In this document: piece by piece, positions 9,936-19,018 of the stretch | Layout: each line of letters begins with the position of its first letter | How positions within the stretch are numbered: position 1 is the first letter of the stretch | DNA from: an uncultured Flavobacterium sp. | GTDB taxonomy: Bacteria > Bacteroidota > Bacteroidia > Flavobacteriales > Flavobacteriaceae | Length of the DNA stretch: 64,000 nucleotides | NCBI GenBank assembly: GCA_963511725.1 | Contig: CAUPKA010000006.1 | Location: forward strand, 7,265 to 71,264 | Reading direction: 5' to 3' | The notes under the pieces: generated by a model | What the model was told of the DNA's origin: nothing | Databases searched by the model: none | Seen by the model: only the letters and a program-made list of their open reading frames with translations | Made by a program: the position numbers and the translations under genes

Positions 9936-10250
9936 GTTTCCCACGGTTGAAACCGTGGGCGATGGTTGGAAAACGTTGCGAAACGCAATACCATAGCCAA
10001 CGGTTTCAACCGTTGGAGACAATGCGGAGAAATACCAAATATAAAATAACAATACGTTTCCCATGGTTGAAACCATAGGATATGGTTAGAAACGTTGAGA
10101 ACCCGAACAAACGCAATGCCATAGCCAAGGGTTTCAACCGTTGGAGACAATGCGGAGAAATACCAAATATAAAACAACAATATGTTTCCCTATGGCTGTA
10201 AAACGTAATCAAGCGCATAACCATAGCCAACGGTTTCAACCGTTGGAGAC
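9936..10250. repeat. Array of six alternating-orientation 30-bp REP palindromes (BIME/REPIN-like)
   Basis: gtttcccacggttgaaaccgtgggcgatgg and its reverse complement at 9936, 9991, 10056, 10119, 10184 (truncated) and 10221. Confidence 0.9.
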
Positions 10251-10268
10251 GAACAAAATAAAATCAAA

Positions 10269-11510
10269 ATGATAACAACCAACAAAATTGAACTTATGGC
10301 TCCCGCTGGGAACTTTGAGTCGCTTCAGGCTGGACTAGATAATGGTACGGATTCTGTTTACTTTGGCGTTGAGCAATTGAACATGCGCGCTCGTGCAACG
10401 GTAAATTTTACGATGGATGATCTGCCGGAAATCGCCCGTCGCTGCGAAGCCAAAAACGTTCGAAGCTACTTGACGCTGAACACCATCATTTACGACCATG
10501 ATTTATCGGTAGTAAAAACATTATTGAACAAAGCCAAAGAAGCTAACATCACCGCAGTAATTGCCTCCGACCAAGCCGTAATTGCAATGGCTAGAGGAAT
10601 TGGGATGGAAGTTCACATTTCGACTCAATTGAATATTACCAATATCGAGACCATCAAGTTCTACAGCCTATTTGCGGATACAATGGTTTTGAGCCGTGAA
10701 TTGAGTTTACGCCAAGTAAAAAAAATCACGGAACAAATAGTAAAAGAACAAATGAAGGGACCAAATGGCAAATTGGTGGAAATCGAAATCTTCGGTCACG
10801 GTGCGTTGTGCATGGCGGTTTCGGGAAAATGTTATTTGAGTCTGCATTCGAATAATTCATCGGCAAACCGTGGTGCATGCAAACAAAATTGTCGTAAAAA
10901 ATATACGGTTATCGATCAGGAAACCGGTTTTGAAATCGAATTGGACAACGAATACATGATGTCCCCAAAAGACTTGTGCACGATTGATTTTCTGGATCAG
11001 GTAATTGATTCGGGTATTCAAGTCTTAAAAATTGAAGGCCGTGGCCGCGCTCCGGAATATGTGGCTACCGTAATCAAAACCTATCGTGAAGCGATCGACA
11101 GTTATTACGAAGATTCATTTTCTAAAGAAAAAATTGCCGTTTGGATGGAAGCATTAAACACTGTTTACAATCGCGGTTTCTGGTCGGGTTATTATCTTGG
11201 ACAGGAATTGGGAGAATGGAGCGATGTTTCGGGATCGATGGCAACCCAGAAGAAAGTGTATGTTGGAAAAGGAACTCATTTCTTCCCGAAAGCCGAAATT
11301 GGACAATTCAAAATCGAAGCTTACGATATTAAAATCGGGGATAAAATATTGGTTACCGGTCCAAGCACGGGCGCTCAGGAAATGGTCATTGAGGAAATGT
11401 ACGTTAATGACGTAACGGCAGAAAAAGCAACCAAAGGCGACGATTGTACTTTTAAATTGCCCTTCAGAATTCGTATGTCCGACAAATTATACAAAATTGT
11501 GGAAGCCTAA
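10269..11510 (+). CDS. U32 peptidase family protein, TrhP-like tRNA hydroxylase
   Basis: ELMAPAG, EIFGHGALCMAVSGKC, NRGACKQNCR, SPKDL, LKIEGR; C-terminal U32_C domain. Confidence 0.88.
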   Translation: MITTNKIELMAPAGNFESLQAGLDNGTDSVYFGVEQLNMRARATVNFTMDDLPEIARRCEAKNVRSYLTLNTIIYDHDLSVVKTLLNKAKEANITAVIASDQAVIAMARGIGMEVHISTQLNITNIETIKFYSLFADTMVLSRELSLRQVKKITEQIVKEQMKGPNGKLVEIEIFGHGALCMAVSGKCYLSLHSNNSSANRGACKQNCRKKYTVIDQETGFEIELDNEYMMSPKDLCTIDFLDQVIDSGIQVLKIEGRGRAPEYVATVIKTYREAIDSYYEDSFSKEKIAVWMEALNTVYNRGFWSGYYLGQELGEWSDVSGSMATQKKVYVGKGTHFFPKAEIGQFKIEAYDIKIGDKILVTGPSTGAQEMVIEEMYVNDVTAEKATKGDDCTFKLPFRIRMSDKLYKIVEA

Positions 11511-11740
11511 TGGTCATTGTAACGCTGCAAAGAGACAAATGTATTGGGTGCAACTATTGTGTGGAAATGGCGCCCGTTCAATTTCAAATGTCCAAAAAAG
11601 ACGGAAAATCGGTATTGATTAAAAGTGTGAATGCTAGAGGTTTTTACACTTTAAAATCGCCTGATCATACAATCGTTGAAAGCTGTGAGTTGGCTGCTAA
11701 GGCTTGTCCGGTAAAAATCATTTCGGTGAAGGAGACCTAA
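11510..11740 (+). CDS. Ferredoxin
   Basis: CIGCNYC...CP motif; start overlaps the U32 stop (TAATG). Confidence 0.9.
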   Translation: MVIVTLQRDKCIGCNYCVEMAPVQFQMSKKDGKSVLIKSVNARGFYTLKSPDHTIVESCELAAKACPVKIISVKET

Positions 11741-11889
11741 TCATGCTTAATACCATTAGCATATATTAATAGTAAGAATAGTTGACAATAAAATTTTGTA
11801 ACATAAGAATATTCTTTTGTTGCATGGTTAATAAAGATTTTATTTACATTTGATTTTAATATAGTTATTAACTTATAAATCAAACCACT

Positions 11890-12306
11890 ATGCCATTTGA
11901 GAATTTAAACAACATCCATTATACCGCCACCGAGAAAACAGCTGTTGGCACCTGGTGCTTGTTGAAAAATCACTTTCATATTTTAGTTCGAATCAAGGAT
12001 AAAACAGAAATAGAACAAAAAGAGCTGACTTACACCACAACCGAAAAACCAAAAATTATTGACCCATCGAGACAGTTTTCACATTTGTTCAATGCGTATA
12101 CACAAGCGATAAATAAGCGCCACAATAGAACTGGAAGTCTGTTCGAAACCACATTTGAAAGAAAATTGGTTTCTTCTGAAAAGTATTTTCAACAATTGAT
12201 TTTTTATATTCATAACCCGTTGTGTGAAATTATCAAAAAAGAGCAATATCTGATGTTTTGTCATTCCGACGAAGGAGGAATCACATCTGCTAATTACGTT
12301 ATGTGA
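11890..12306 (+). pseudogene. Disrupted REP-associated tyrosine transposase (RAYT)
   Basis: WCLLKNHFH (HUH), FSHLFNAY, RTGSLFE and YIH motifs are present; the N-terminal YHIYNRG segment is missing; the C-terminus reads into a MITE. Confidence 0.75.
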
Positions 12307-12396
12307 TTCCTCCTTCGTCGGAATGACAAAATCGTTAAGATTAACTATAAAAAACATAAGTTTTAATCATTAAATATAATTTCACCCAACTGGTTA
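12213..12396. mobile_element. MITE family A, copy 2 (carries a full 30-bp-stem REP hairpin)
   Basis: Same 21-bp TIRs as 7577-7718; TSD attca / attta; perfect inverted repeat 12256-12285 / 12302-12331. Confidence 0.78.
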
Positions 12397-12550
12397 ATTT
12401 ACCCTATAACAACCTTCCTTTTCTTTAGCATAAATTTATGATTATTTGCAGTTTTCAGTCCTTGTTACATAAACCAAAAAAATAGTATCTTTACCCATTA
12501 AACGTATTACGAACTTAAATTGCTTTTATAGCAATACTACATATAGCATT

Positions 12551-13942
12551 ATGGCATGTACAAGTTGTTCAACTTCTGATGGTGGCGCACCAAAGGGTTG
12601 TAAAAATAATGGGACTTGCGGCACCGACAGCTGCAACAAATTAACGGTTTTTGACTGGCTTTCGAACATGAATTTACCAAATGGAGAAGCTCCTTTTGAC
12701 TGTGTGGAAGTCCGTTTTAAAAACGGAAGAAAAGAATTTTATCGCAATACCGAGAATTTAACATTAAGCATGGGGGACATCGTAGCAACTGTCGCTTCAC
12801 CAGGACATGATATAGGAATTGTAACACTTACAGGAGAATTGGTAAAAATTCAAATGAAGAAAAAAGGTGTCAATCCTACTAGCAATGAGGTTCCTAAAAT
12901 TTATCGTAAAGCTTCTCAAAAAGACATAGATATTTGGACTGTAGCCAGAAATAAAGAAGAGCCGATGAAAGTGCGCGCTCGTGAATTGGCGATTGCACAA
13001 AAATTGGAAATGAAAATTTCGGATATTGAATTTCAAGGTGATGGATCAAAAGCTACGTTCTATTATACTGCTAATGACAGAGTCGATTTCAGGCTTTTAA
13101 TCAAAGATTTTGCTAAAGAGTTTGCCACAAGAGTGGAGATGAAACAAGTAGGTTTTCGTCAAGAAGCTGCCCGTTTAGGCGGAATCGGTTCTTGTGGAAG
13201 AGAGCTATGCTGCTCTACTTGGTTGACCGATTTTAGAAGTGTAAACACATCGGCAGCACGTTACCAGCAATTGTCATTAAATCCACAAAAATTGGCGGGT
13301 CAATGCGGTAAACTGAAATGTTGCTTGAATTACGAGCTAGACACTTACATGGATGCCTTAAAGGATTTTCCAGAATTTGAAACCAAATTAGTTACCGAAA
13401 AAGGGGATGCTATTTGTCAAAAACAGGATATTTTCAAAGGTTTAATGTGGTTTGCTTACACGAATAATTTTGCTAACTGGCATGTTTTAAAAATTGATCA
13501 GGTCAAAGAAATTATGGCTGAGAACAAACTAAAAAACAAAGTTTCATCGTTAGAAGATTATGCGATAGAAATTGTTGCAGAACCTGAACAAAATTTCAAT
13601 AATGCGATGGGGCAAGAAAGCTTAACGCGTTTTGATCAGCCGAAAAGAAAGAAAAAACCAACCAAAAAACCAAGACTTGCTGGAGAAAAAGCCATTGTGC
13701 CCAACAATGCAAACAAGCCACCAGCGATACAAAAAAACACGGCTCCAAATACACCAAATGCAAATAATGCCAATAAAGAAATTCCGGTGAAAGAAAACCC
13801 GAATCCTAACAATGGCAACAAAAATCGCAATAAAAATAAAAACCGCAATAAAAACAATAACAATCGCCCGGCTTCCGCAGAGAATAAAACAGATGAGCCT
13901 AGAAAACCAATAATTATTAAAAAAAATGAGAATAAAGAATAG
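12551..13942 (+). CDS. ricT: PSP1/RicT (YaaT) family Fe-S regulatory protein
   Basis: VEVRFK, GGIGSCGRELCC, KLAGQCGKLKCCL; Asn/Lys low-complexity tail. Confidence 0.88.
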   Translation: MACTSCSTSDGGAPKGCKNNGTCGTDSCNKLTVFDWLSNMNLPNGEAPFDCVEVRFKNGRKEFYRNTENLTLSMGDIVATVASPGHDIGIVTLTGELVKIQMKKKGVNPTSNEVPKIYRKASQKDIDIWTVARNKEEPMKVRARELAIAQKLEMKISDIEFQGDGSKATFYYTANDRVDFRLLIKDFAKEFATRVEMKQVGFRQEAARLGGIGSCGRELCCSTWLTDFRSVNTSAARYQQLSLNPQKLAGQCGKLKCCLNYELDTYMDALKDFPEFETKLVTEKGDAICQKQDIFKGLMWFAYTNNFANWHVLKIDQVKEIMAENKLKNKVSSLEDYAIEIVAEPEQNFNNAMGQESLTRFDQPKRKKKPTKKPRLAGEKAIVPNNANKPPAIQKNTAPNTPNANNANKEIPVKENPNPNNGNKNRNKNKNRNKNNNNRPASAENKTDEPRKPIIIKKNENKE

Positions 13943-14405
13943 TCTTTTACTGTTTTTTGTAGCAGTACTCCTTTTTTCGTGTGATAAAAAAAGAGTTTTT
14001 GACGAGTATAAATCTGTGGGGAGCGCTTGGAATAAAGACAGCATTGTTACTTTTAACTTACCTGTTTTGGATTCTACAAAAAGATACGACTTGTTTGTAA
14101 ATTTAAGAGACAACAACAATTATAAATACAATAATTTGTTTCTAATTGTTTCTTTGGAAAGTCCAAATGGATATACCAAAGTAGACACTTTAGAATACCA
14201 AATGGCTGCCCCTGACGGAACTTTGCTAGGTAATGGTTTTACTGATATTAAAGAAAGTAAACTCTATTACAAAGAGAATGTACGCTTTAGAGGAAAATAT
14301 AAAGTGCATATTAAACAAGCGGTGAGAGAAAACGGAAAAGTGCCCGGCGTAGCTTTTTTAGACGGAATTACCGAAGTAGGTTTTAGAATAGAAAATAAAG
14401 AATAG
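13926..14405 (+). CDS. gldH: Gliding motility lipoprotein GldH
   Basis: Lipobox LFSC; YKYNNLFLIV, DTLEYQMA.PDG..LG.G motifs; ricT-gldH-PBP1A synteny. Confidence 0.92.
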   Translation: MRIKNSLLLFFVAVLLFSCDKKRVFDEYKSVGSAWNKDSIVTFNLPVLDSTKRYDLFVNLRDNNNYKYNNLFLIVSLESPNGYTKVDTLEYQMAAPDGTLLGNGFTDIKESKLYYKENVRFRGKYKVHIKQAVRENGKVPGVAFLDGITEVGFRIENKE

Positions 14406-14414
14406 AACACGATT

Positions 14415-16733
14415 ATGGCTATCAAAAAAAATAACCCTCAGACAAAAAACATCAACAAAGATGTGAAATATTATTCCAGAAAATTTTGGAAAATTTTCTT
14501 CTACGGACTGGGACTTATTGCTTTATTCTTCCTGTTTGCCTCATGGGGGCTTTTTGGATCTATGCCTTCGTTTGAAGATTTAGAAAATCCAGATTCTAAT
14601 TTAGCAACCGAAATTATCTCTTCTGATGGAGTTGTTTTAGGTAAATACTTTAAACAAAATCGTTCTCAATTAAAATATTCTGACTTGCCTAAAAATCTAG
14701 TTCAAGCTTTGGTAGCTACCGAAGATGCTCGTTTTTATGAACATTCTGGTATTGATGGAAGAGGAACATTAAGAGCTATCGCAAGTTTAGGAACAAGCGG
14801 TGGAGCGAGTACTTTGACACAACAATTGGCTAAACAATTATTTCACGGTGAAGGTTCAAAATTTTTGCCTTTCCGTATTGTGCAAAAAATGAAAGAATGG
14901 ATTATTGCCATTCGATTGGAAAGACAATATACCAAAAATGAAATCATTGCCATGTACTGCAACGTATATGATTTTGGAAATTACTCTGTAGGAGTTAGCT
15001 CTGCGGCAAAAACATATTTCTCTAAAGAACCAAAAGATCTGACTATAGACGAATCGGCTATTTTAGTAGGTATGTTCAAAAATTCAGGACTTTACAATCC
15101 GGTTAAAAATCCAGTTGGTGTAAAAAACAGAAGAAATGTAGTGCTTTCTCAAATGGAAAAAGCAAACATCATTAACGAAGATCAAAAACACCAATTGCAA
15201 AGCCTGCCAATCACATTGCATTTCAAATTGGAAAGTCACAGAGAAGGTACAGCGACATACTTTAGAGAATACCTTCGTGAATACATGAAAAAATGGGTGG
15301 AAGAAAACAAAAAACCCGATGGATCTGACTATGATATTTACAAAGACGGTCTAAAAATCTACACTACAATAGACTCAAGAATGCAGGCTTACGCTGAAGA
15401 AGCAGTTTCGGCGCACATGGCCAATATGCAGGAAGAGTTTTTTATACAATCCAAAGACAATAAAAATGCGCCTTTTGTTAATATTTCTCAGGCAGAAACC
15501 GAACGCATCATAAACCAAGCTATGAAATCATCTCATAGATGGTCTATTTTGAAAGATCAAGATAAAAGTGACGAAGAAATCATTAAAACTTTCGGTGAAA
15601 AAACTAAAATGACCGTTTTCACTTGGAAAGGAGAAAGAGATACTATCATGACACCTTTGGATTCCATCCGTTATTACAAACATTTTTTGCAGGCTGGAGT
15701 AATGTCTATGGAACCGCAAACGGGTAATATCAAAGTTTGGGTTGGGGGAATCAACTATAAGTATTTCCAATACGATCACGTAGGTCAAGGAGCCAGACAA
15801 GTTGGATCTACATTCAAACCATTTGTTTATGCAACTGCAATAGAGCAATTAAATATGTCTCCTTGTGATTCAATACTCGATGGACCGTTTATAATTCGCA
15901 AAGGACGTCACCATGTAACCGAAGATTGGGAACCAAGAAACTCCGATAATAATTATCGCGGCATGGTAACTCTAAAACAAGCATTAGCAAACTCTATAAA
16001 TACAGTGTCGGCAAAGTTAATTGACAAAGTTAGCCCAGAAGCTGTTGTAGAACTAACTCATAAATTAGGAGTAAAATCAGAGATTATCAATCAGCCTTCT
16101 ATTGCCTTGGGAGCAGTAGAGATTACTGTCGAAGATATGGTTGCGGCCTTCAGCACATTTGCAAACCAAGGAGTCTATACCAAACCGCAGTTCCTATCTA
16201 AAATTGAGAACAAAAGTGGTGAAGTAATCTATGAGCCAATCCCTGAATCTCATGATGTTTTGAACAAAGACATCGCATTTGCAATTATTAAATTATTGGA
16301 AGGCGTAACCGAAACTGGTTCAGGAGCCAGATTAAGAACTCAAGGCGGCGGAAACGGAGACAAACGCTGGACAGGTTATCCATATATGTTTAAAAACCCA
16401 ATTGCAGGTAAAACAGGAACTTCACAAAATCAATCAGACGGTTGGTTTATGGGAATGGTGCCTAATCTTGTAACGGGAGTTTGGGTAGGATGCGAGGATC
16501 GTTCGGCTCATTTCAAAAGTCTTACTTACGGACAGGGAGCAGCAATGGCTTTACCTATTTGGGGATATTTTATGAATAAATGTTATGAGGACAAAAGCTT
16601 AACAATCTCTAAAGAATCTTTTGAACGACCAGCCAATCTTTCCATCAAAGTAGATTGTTACACGCCACGTGCGGCCGTTGTCCAAGACACCACTGCAACT
16701 CCGGAACAGGACACAGAAGAGTTTTCATTATAA
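14415..16733 (+). CDS. mrcA: Penicillin-binding protein 1A (transglycosylase/transpeptidase)
   Basis: ATED.RF, GASTLTQQLAK, RQVGSTFKP (SxxK), S.N, KTG. Confidence 0.93.
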   Translation: MAIKKNNPQTKNINKDVKYYSRKFWKIFFYGLGLIALFFLFASWGLFGSMPSFEDLENPDSNLATEIISSDGVVLGKYFKQNRSQLKYSDLPKNLVQALVATEDARFYEHSGIDGRGTLRAIASLGTSGGASTLTQQLAKQLFHGEGSKFLPFRIVQKMKEWIIAIRLERQYTKNEIIAMYCNVYDFGNYSVGVSSAAKTYFSKEPKDLTIDESAILVGMFKNSGLYNPVKNPVGVKNRRNVVLSQMEKANIINEDQKHQLQSLPITLHFKLESHREGTATYFREYLREYMKKWVEENKKPDGSDYDIYKDGLKIYTTIDSRMQAYAEEAVSAHMANMQEEFFIQSKDNKNAPFVNISQAETERIINQAMKSSHRWSILKDQDKSDEEIIKTFGEKTKMTVFTWKGERDTIMTPLDSIRYYKHFLQAGVMSMEPQTGNIKVWVGGINYKYFQYDHVGQGARQVGSTFKPFVYATAIEQLNMSPCDSILDGPFIIRKGRHHVTEDWEPRNSDNNYRGMVTLKQALANSINTVSAKLIDKVSPEAVVELTHKLGVKSEIINQPSIALGAVEITVEDMVAAFSTFANQGVYTKPQFLSKIENKSGEVIYEPIPESHDVLNKDIAFAIIKLLEGVTETGSGARLRTQGGGNGDKRWTGYPYMFKNPIAGKTGTSQNQSDGWFMGMVPNLVTGVWVGCEDRSAHFKSLTYGQGAAMALPIWGYFMNKCYEDKSLTISKESFERPANLSIKVDCYTPRAAVVQDTTATPEQDTEEFSL

Positions 16734-16774
16734 ACAAACACGTTGCATACCAATTTTGGGTTTTTAAAAACCAG

Positions 16775-16893
16775 TTGGGCGTGCCACCATAAAGCGAAGG
16801 GACTAAATCACTCCATGGTGATTTAGTCCCTTCGCTTTATGCTGTCGGGCCATCCGCGCTACTTCGGTAGCTTGCTTCTGTCCCTCACGCAAA
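16775..16893 (+). ncRNA. Flavo-1-like structured repeat element (a)
   Basis: ttgggcgtgccac start; perfect 24-bp inner hairpin (16788-16841); core gtcgggccatccgcgctacttcggtagcttgcttc shared with 59360-59665; the Flavo-1 match is from memory, not a search. Confidence 0.5.
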
Positions 16894-17115
16894 TCCTGCA
16901 AACCATTCTATTTTATTTTGTCATATCTGCTTAAAAAAAACCAAAATTTAACAAAATAATGAAAACCAATTAGTGCGATTATTTTACTAAATTTGTTTTA
17001 TAAATTCGATTTTTTCAATTGTGATTCATTTTTTAATACTTTAAATAATAATCCTTCATAGAAAATCAAAATAGGCTAATTTTTATTAATCAAAAACGAA
17101 ATCGATATAGTAATT

Positions 17116-17817
17116 ATGATTAACAAAAAAGTAAATACCGTACAGGAAGCACTTGATGGAATTGAAAACGGAATGACCCTTATGCTTGGCGGTTTTGGAT
17201 TGTGTGGTATACCCGAAAACTCCATTGCCGAATTGGTTCAGAAAGAAACCAAAGATCTAACCTGTATTTCAAATAATGCCGGTGTGGATGATTTTGGGCT
17301 TGGTTTGCTTTTGCAAAAAAAACAAATCAAAAAAATGATTTCCTCCTATGTAGGTGAAAATGCTGAATTTGAACGCCAAATGCTTTCTGGAGAGCTTGAA
17401 GTAGATCTCATCCCGCAAGGTACATTGGCCGAAAGATGCCGTGCGGCACAAGCGGGCATTCCAGCCTTTTTTACTCCTGCAGGTTATGGAACCGAAGTTG
17501 CTGAGGGAAAGGAAGTCCGCGAATTTAATGGCAAAATGCACATTATGGAACATGCCTTCAAAGCCGACTTTGCCATTATAAAAGCTTGGAAAGGGGATAC
17601 TGCTGGAAACCTTATCTTTAAAGGAACTGCAAGAAACTTCAACCCAGCAATGGCTGGCGCTGCCAAAATCACTGTTGCCGAAGTAGAAGAATTGGTCGAA
17701 GCCGGAACATTAGACCCTAACCAAATTCATATACCTGGAATTTTAGTGCAGCGTATTTTTCAAGGCGAGAAATATGAAAAAAGAATTGAGCAGCGCGCAA
17801 CAAGAAAAAGAGAATAG
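17116..17817 (+). CDS. scoA: 3-oxoacid CoA-transferase subunit A
   Basis: [32 protein letters not shown]. Confidence 0.95.
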   Translation: MINKKVNTVQEALDGIENGMTLMLGGFGLCGIPENSIAELVQKETKDLTCISNNAGVDDFGLGLLLQKKQIKKMISSYVGENAEFERQMLSGELEVDLIPQGTLAERCRAAQAGIPAFFTPAGYGTEVAEGKEVREFNGKMHIMEHAFKADFAIIKAWKGDTAGNLIFKGTARNFNPAMAGAAKITVAEVEELVEAGTLDPNQIHIPGILVQRIFQGEKYEKRIEQRATRKRE

Positions 17818-17875
17818 ATTTTAGAGAATTGGCAAACCTTAGACTTTTCATTTTTTAGATTTAAACAGAAAACAT

Positions 17876-18535
17876 ATGGCATTAGATAAAATAGGAATCG
17901 CAAAACGAATTGCGCAAGAATTGAAAGACCGTTATTTCGTGAATCTAGGCATTGGAATACCCACTTTGGTGGCAAACTATATCCCGAAAGGAATAGATGT
18001 CGAATTTCAAAGCGAAAATGGCGTTCTGGGCATGGGACCTTTTCCTTTTGAAGGCGATGAAGATGCCGATATCATCAATGCGGGCAAACAAACCATCACC
18101 ACTTTGCCTGGAGCTTCTTTTTTTGACTCCGCCACTAGTTTTGGAATGATCCGCGGACAGCATGTCGATTTAACCATCCTTGGCGCAATGGAAGTTTCAG
18201 AGAACGGAGACATTGCCAACTGGAAAATCCCTGGAAAAATGGTCAAAGGAATGGGAGGAGCAATGGATTTAGTAGCTTCGGCAGAAAATATCATTGTTGC
18301 AATGATGCATGTCAACAAAGCTGGAGAATCAAAAATATTAAAAAAATGTACCTTGCCATTAACAGGAGTAGGCTGCGTGAAAAAAGTAGTAACTGAATTG
18401 GCCGTTTTAGAAATCACCGCTCAAGGTTTTAAACTGCTGGAAAGAGCGCCGGGAGTCACGGTAGAACATATTATCTCTTCTACCGAAGCCAATTTGATTA
18501 TAGAAGGGGACATTCCAGAAATGATAATTGAATAG
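17876..18535 (+). CDS. scoB: 3-oxoacid CoA-transferase subunit B
   Basis: VNLGIGIPT, SENG (catalytic Glu), GMGGAMDLV. Confidence 0.95.
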   Translation: MALDKIGIAKRIAQELKDRYFVNLGIGIPTLVANYIPKGIDVEFQSENGVLGMGPFPFEGDEDADIINAGKQTITTLPGASFFDSATSFGMIRGQHVDLTILGAMEVSENGDIANWKIPGKMVKGMGGAMDLVASAENIIVAMMHVNKAGESKILKKCTLPLTGVGCVKKVVTELAVLEITAQGFKLLERAPGVTVEHIISSTEANLIIEGDIPEMIIE

Positions 18536-18550
18536 GAGCATTAATTTTAT

Positions 18551-18580
18551 AAAGGGCAACTCAACGGAGTTGCTCTTTTT
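18551..18580. terminator. Rho-independent terminator after scoB
   Basis: aaagggcaactc / gagttgctcttt hairpin with T-tract. Confidence 0.8.
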
Positions 18581-19018
18581 GTTTCAAATAAGACCATTCA
18601 TTAATACCCAAACATACAGAGCTAATCTATAAAATAAACAACAATTGGTTCAATTAAATCTTGCAATTCACAGTTAAACTGCCTCAACAATACCCAATTT
18701 TACCGCAATAATTTTATTAGAAAGCTTAATAATCATACTTTTGATGAATTAATTTCATTATGAAAAAAAATATTTCATTTTATGTAATGCACTTTTGCTT
18801 GTGCTTCATATTCTTATTTTTGCCATATGCATTTACTGCCGCTGGGAGTGTTTTTAGTTTACCCAGATTAGTAAGTAATCCACACGATAGAATTTATTTT
18901 TTTATCTATTTGTTATTATCAAAAAAACATCACGGACAACTTATAAAAACAAAGACCGTTTACTCATTAGAATAAACGGCCTTATTATATAAATGTTTTT
19001 AAATTTCGGAGTTAAAAT

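Noticed and set aside
9854-10239. ORFs 9854-10180 and 10006-10239 on the minus strand
   Set aside because: They are translations of the REP array with repeated peptide and no protein features
9936-10250. Possible CRISPR array
   Set aside because: Units alternate in orientation, spacers are repeated rather than unique, and there are no cas genes; it fits a REP/BIME array
13800-13865. KNRNKN repeats in the RicT tail as a special repeat locus
   Set aside because: Ordinary low-complexity disordered tail; no discrete DNA repeat unit
13622-14119. Antisense hydrophobic ORFs over ricT/gldH
   Set aside because: Shadow of the Asn/Lys-rich low-complexity tail of RicT
18760-18975. 71-aa ORF between scoB and fumA
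   Set aside because: No motif, and composition matches AT-rich intergenic DNA; cannot be supported
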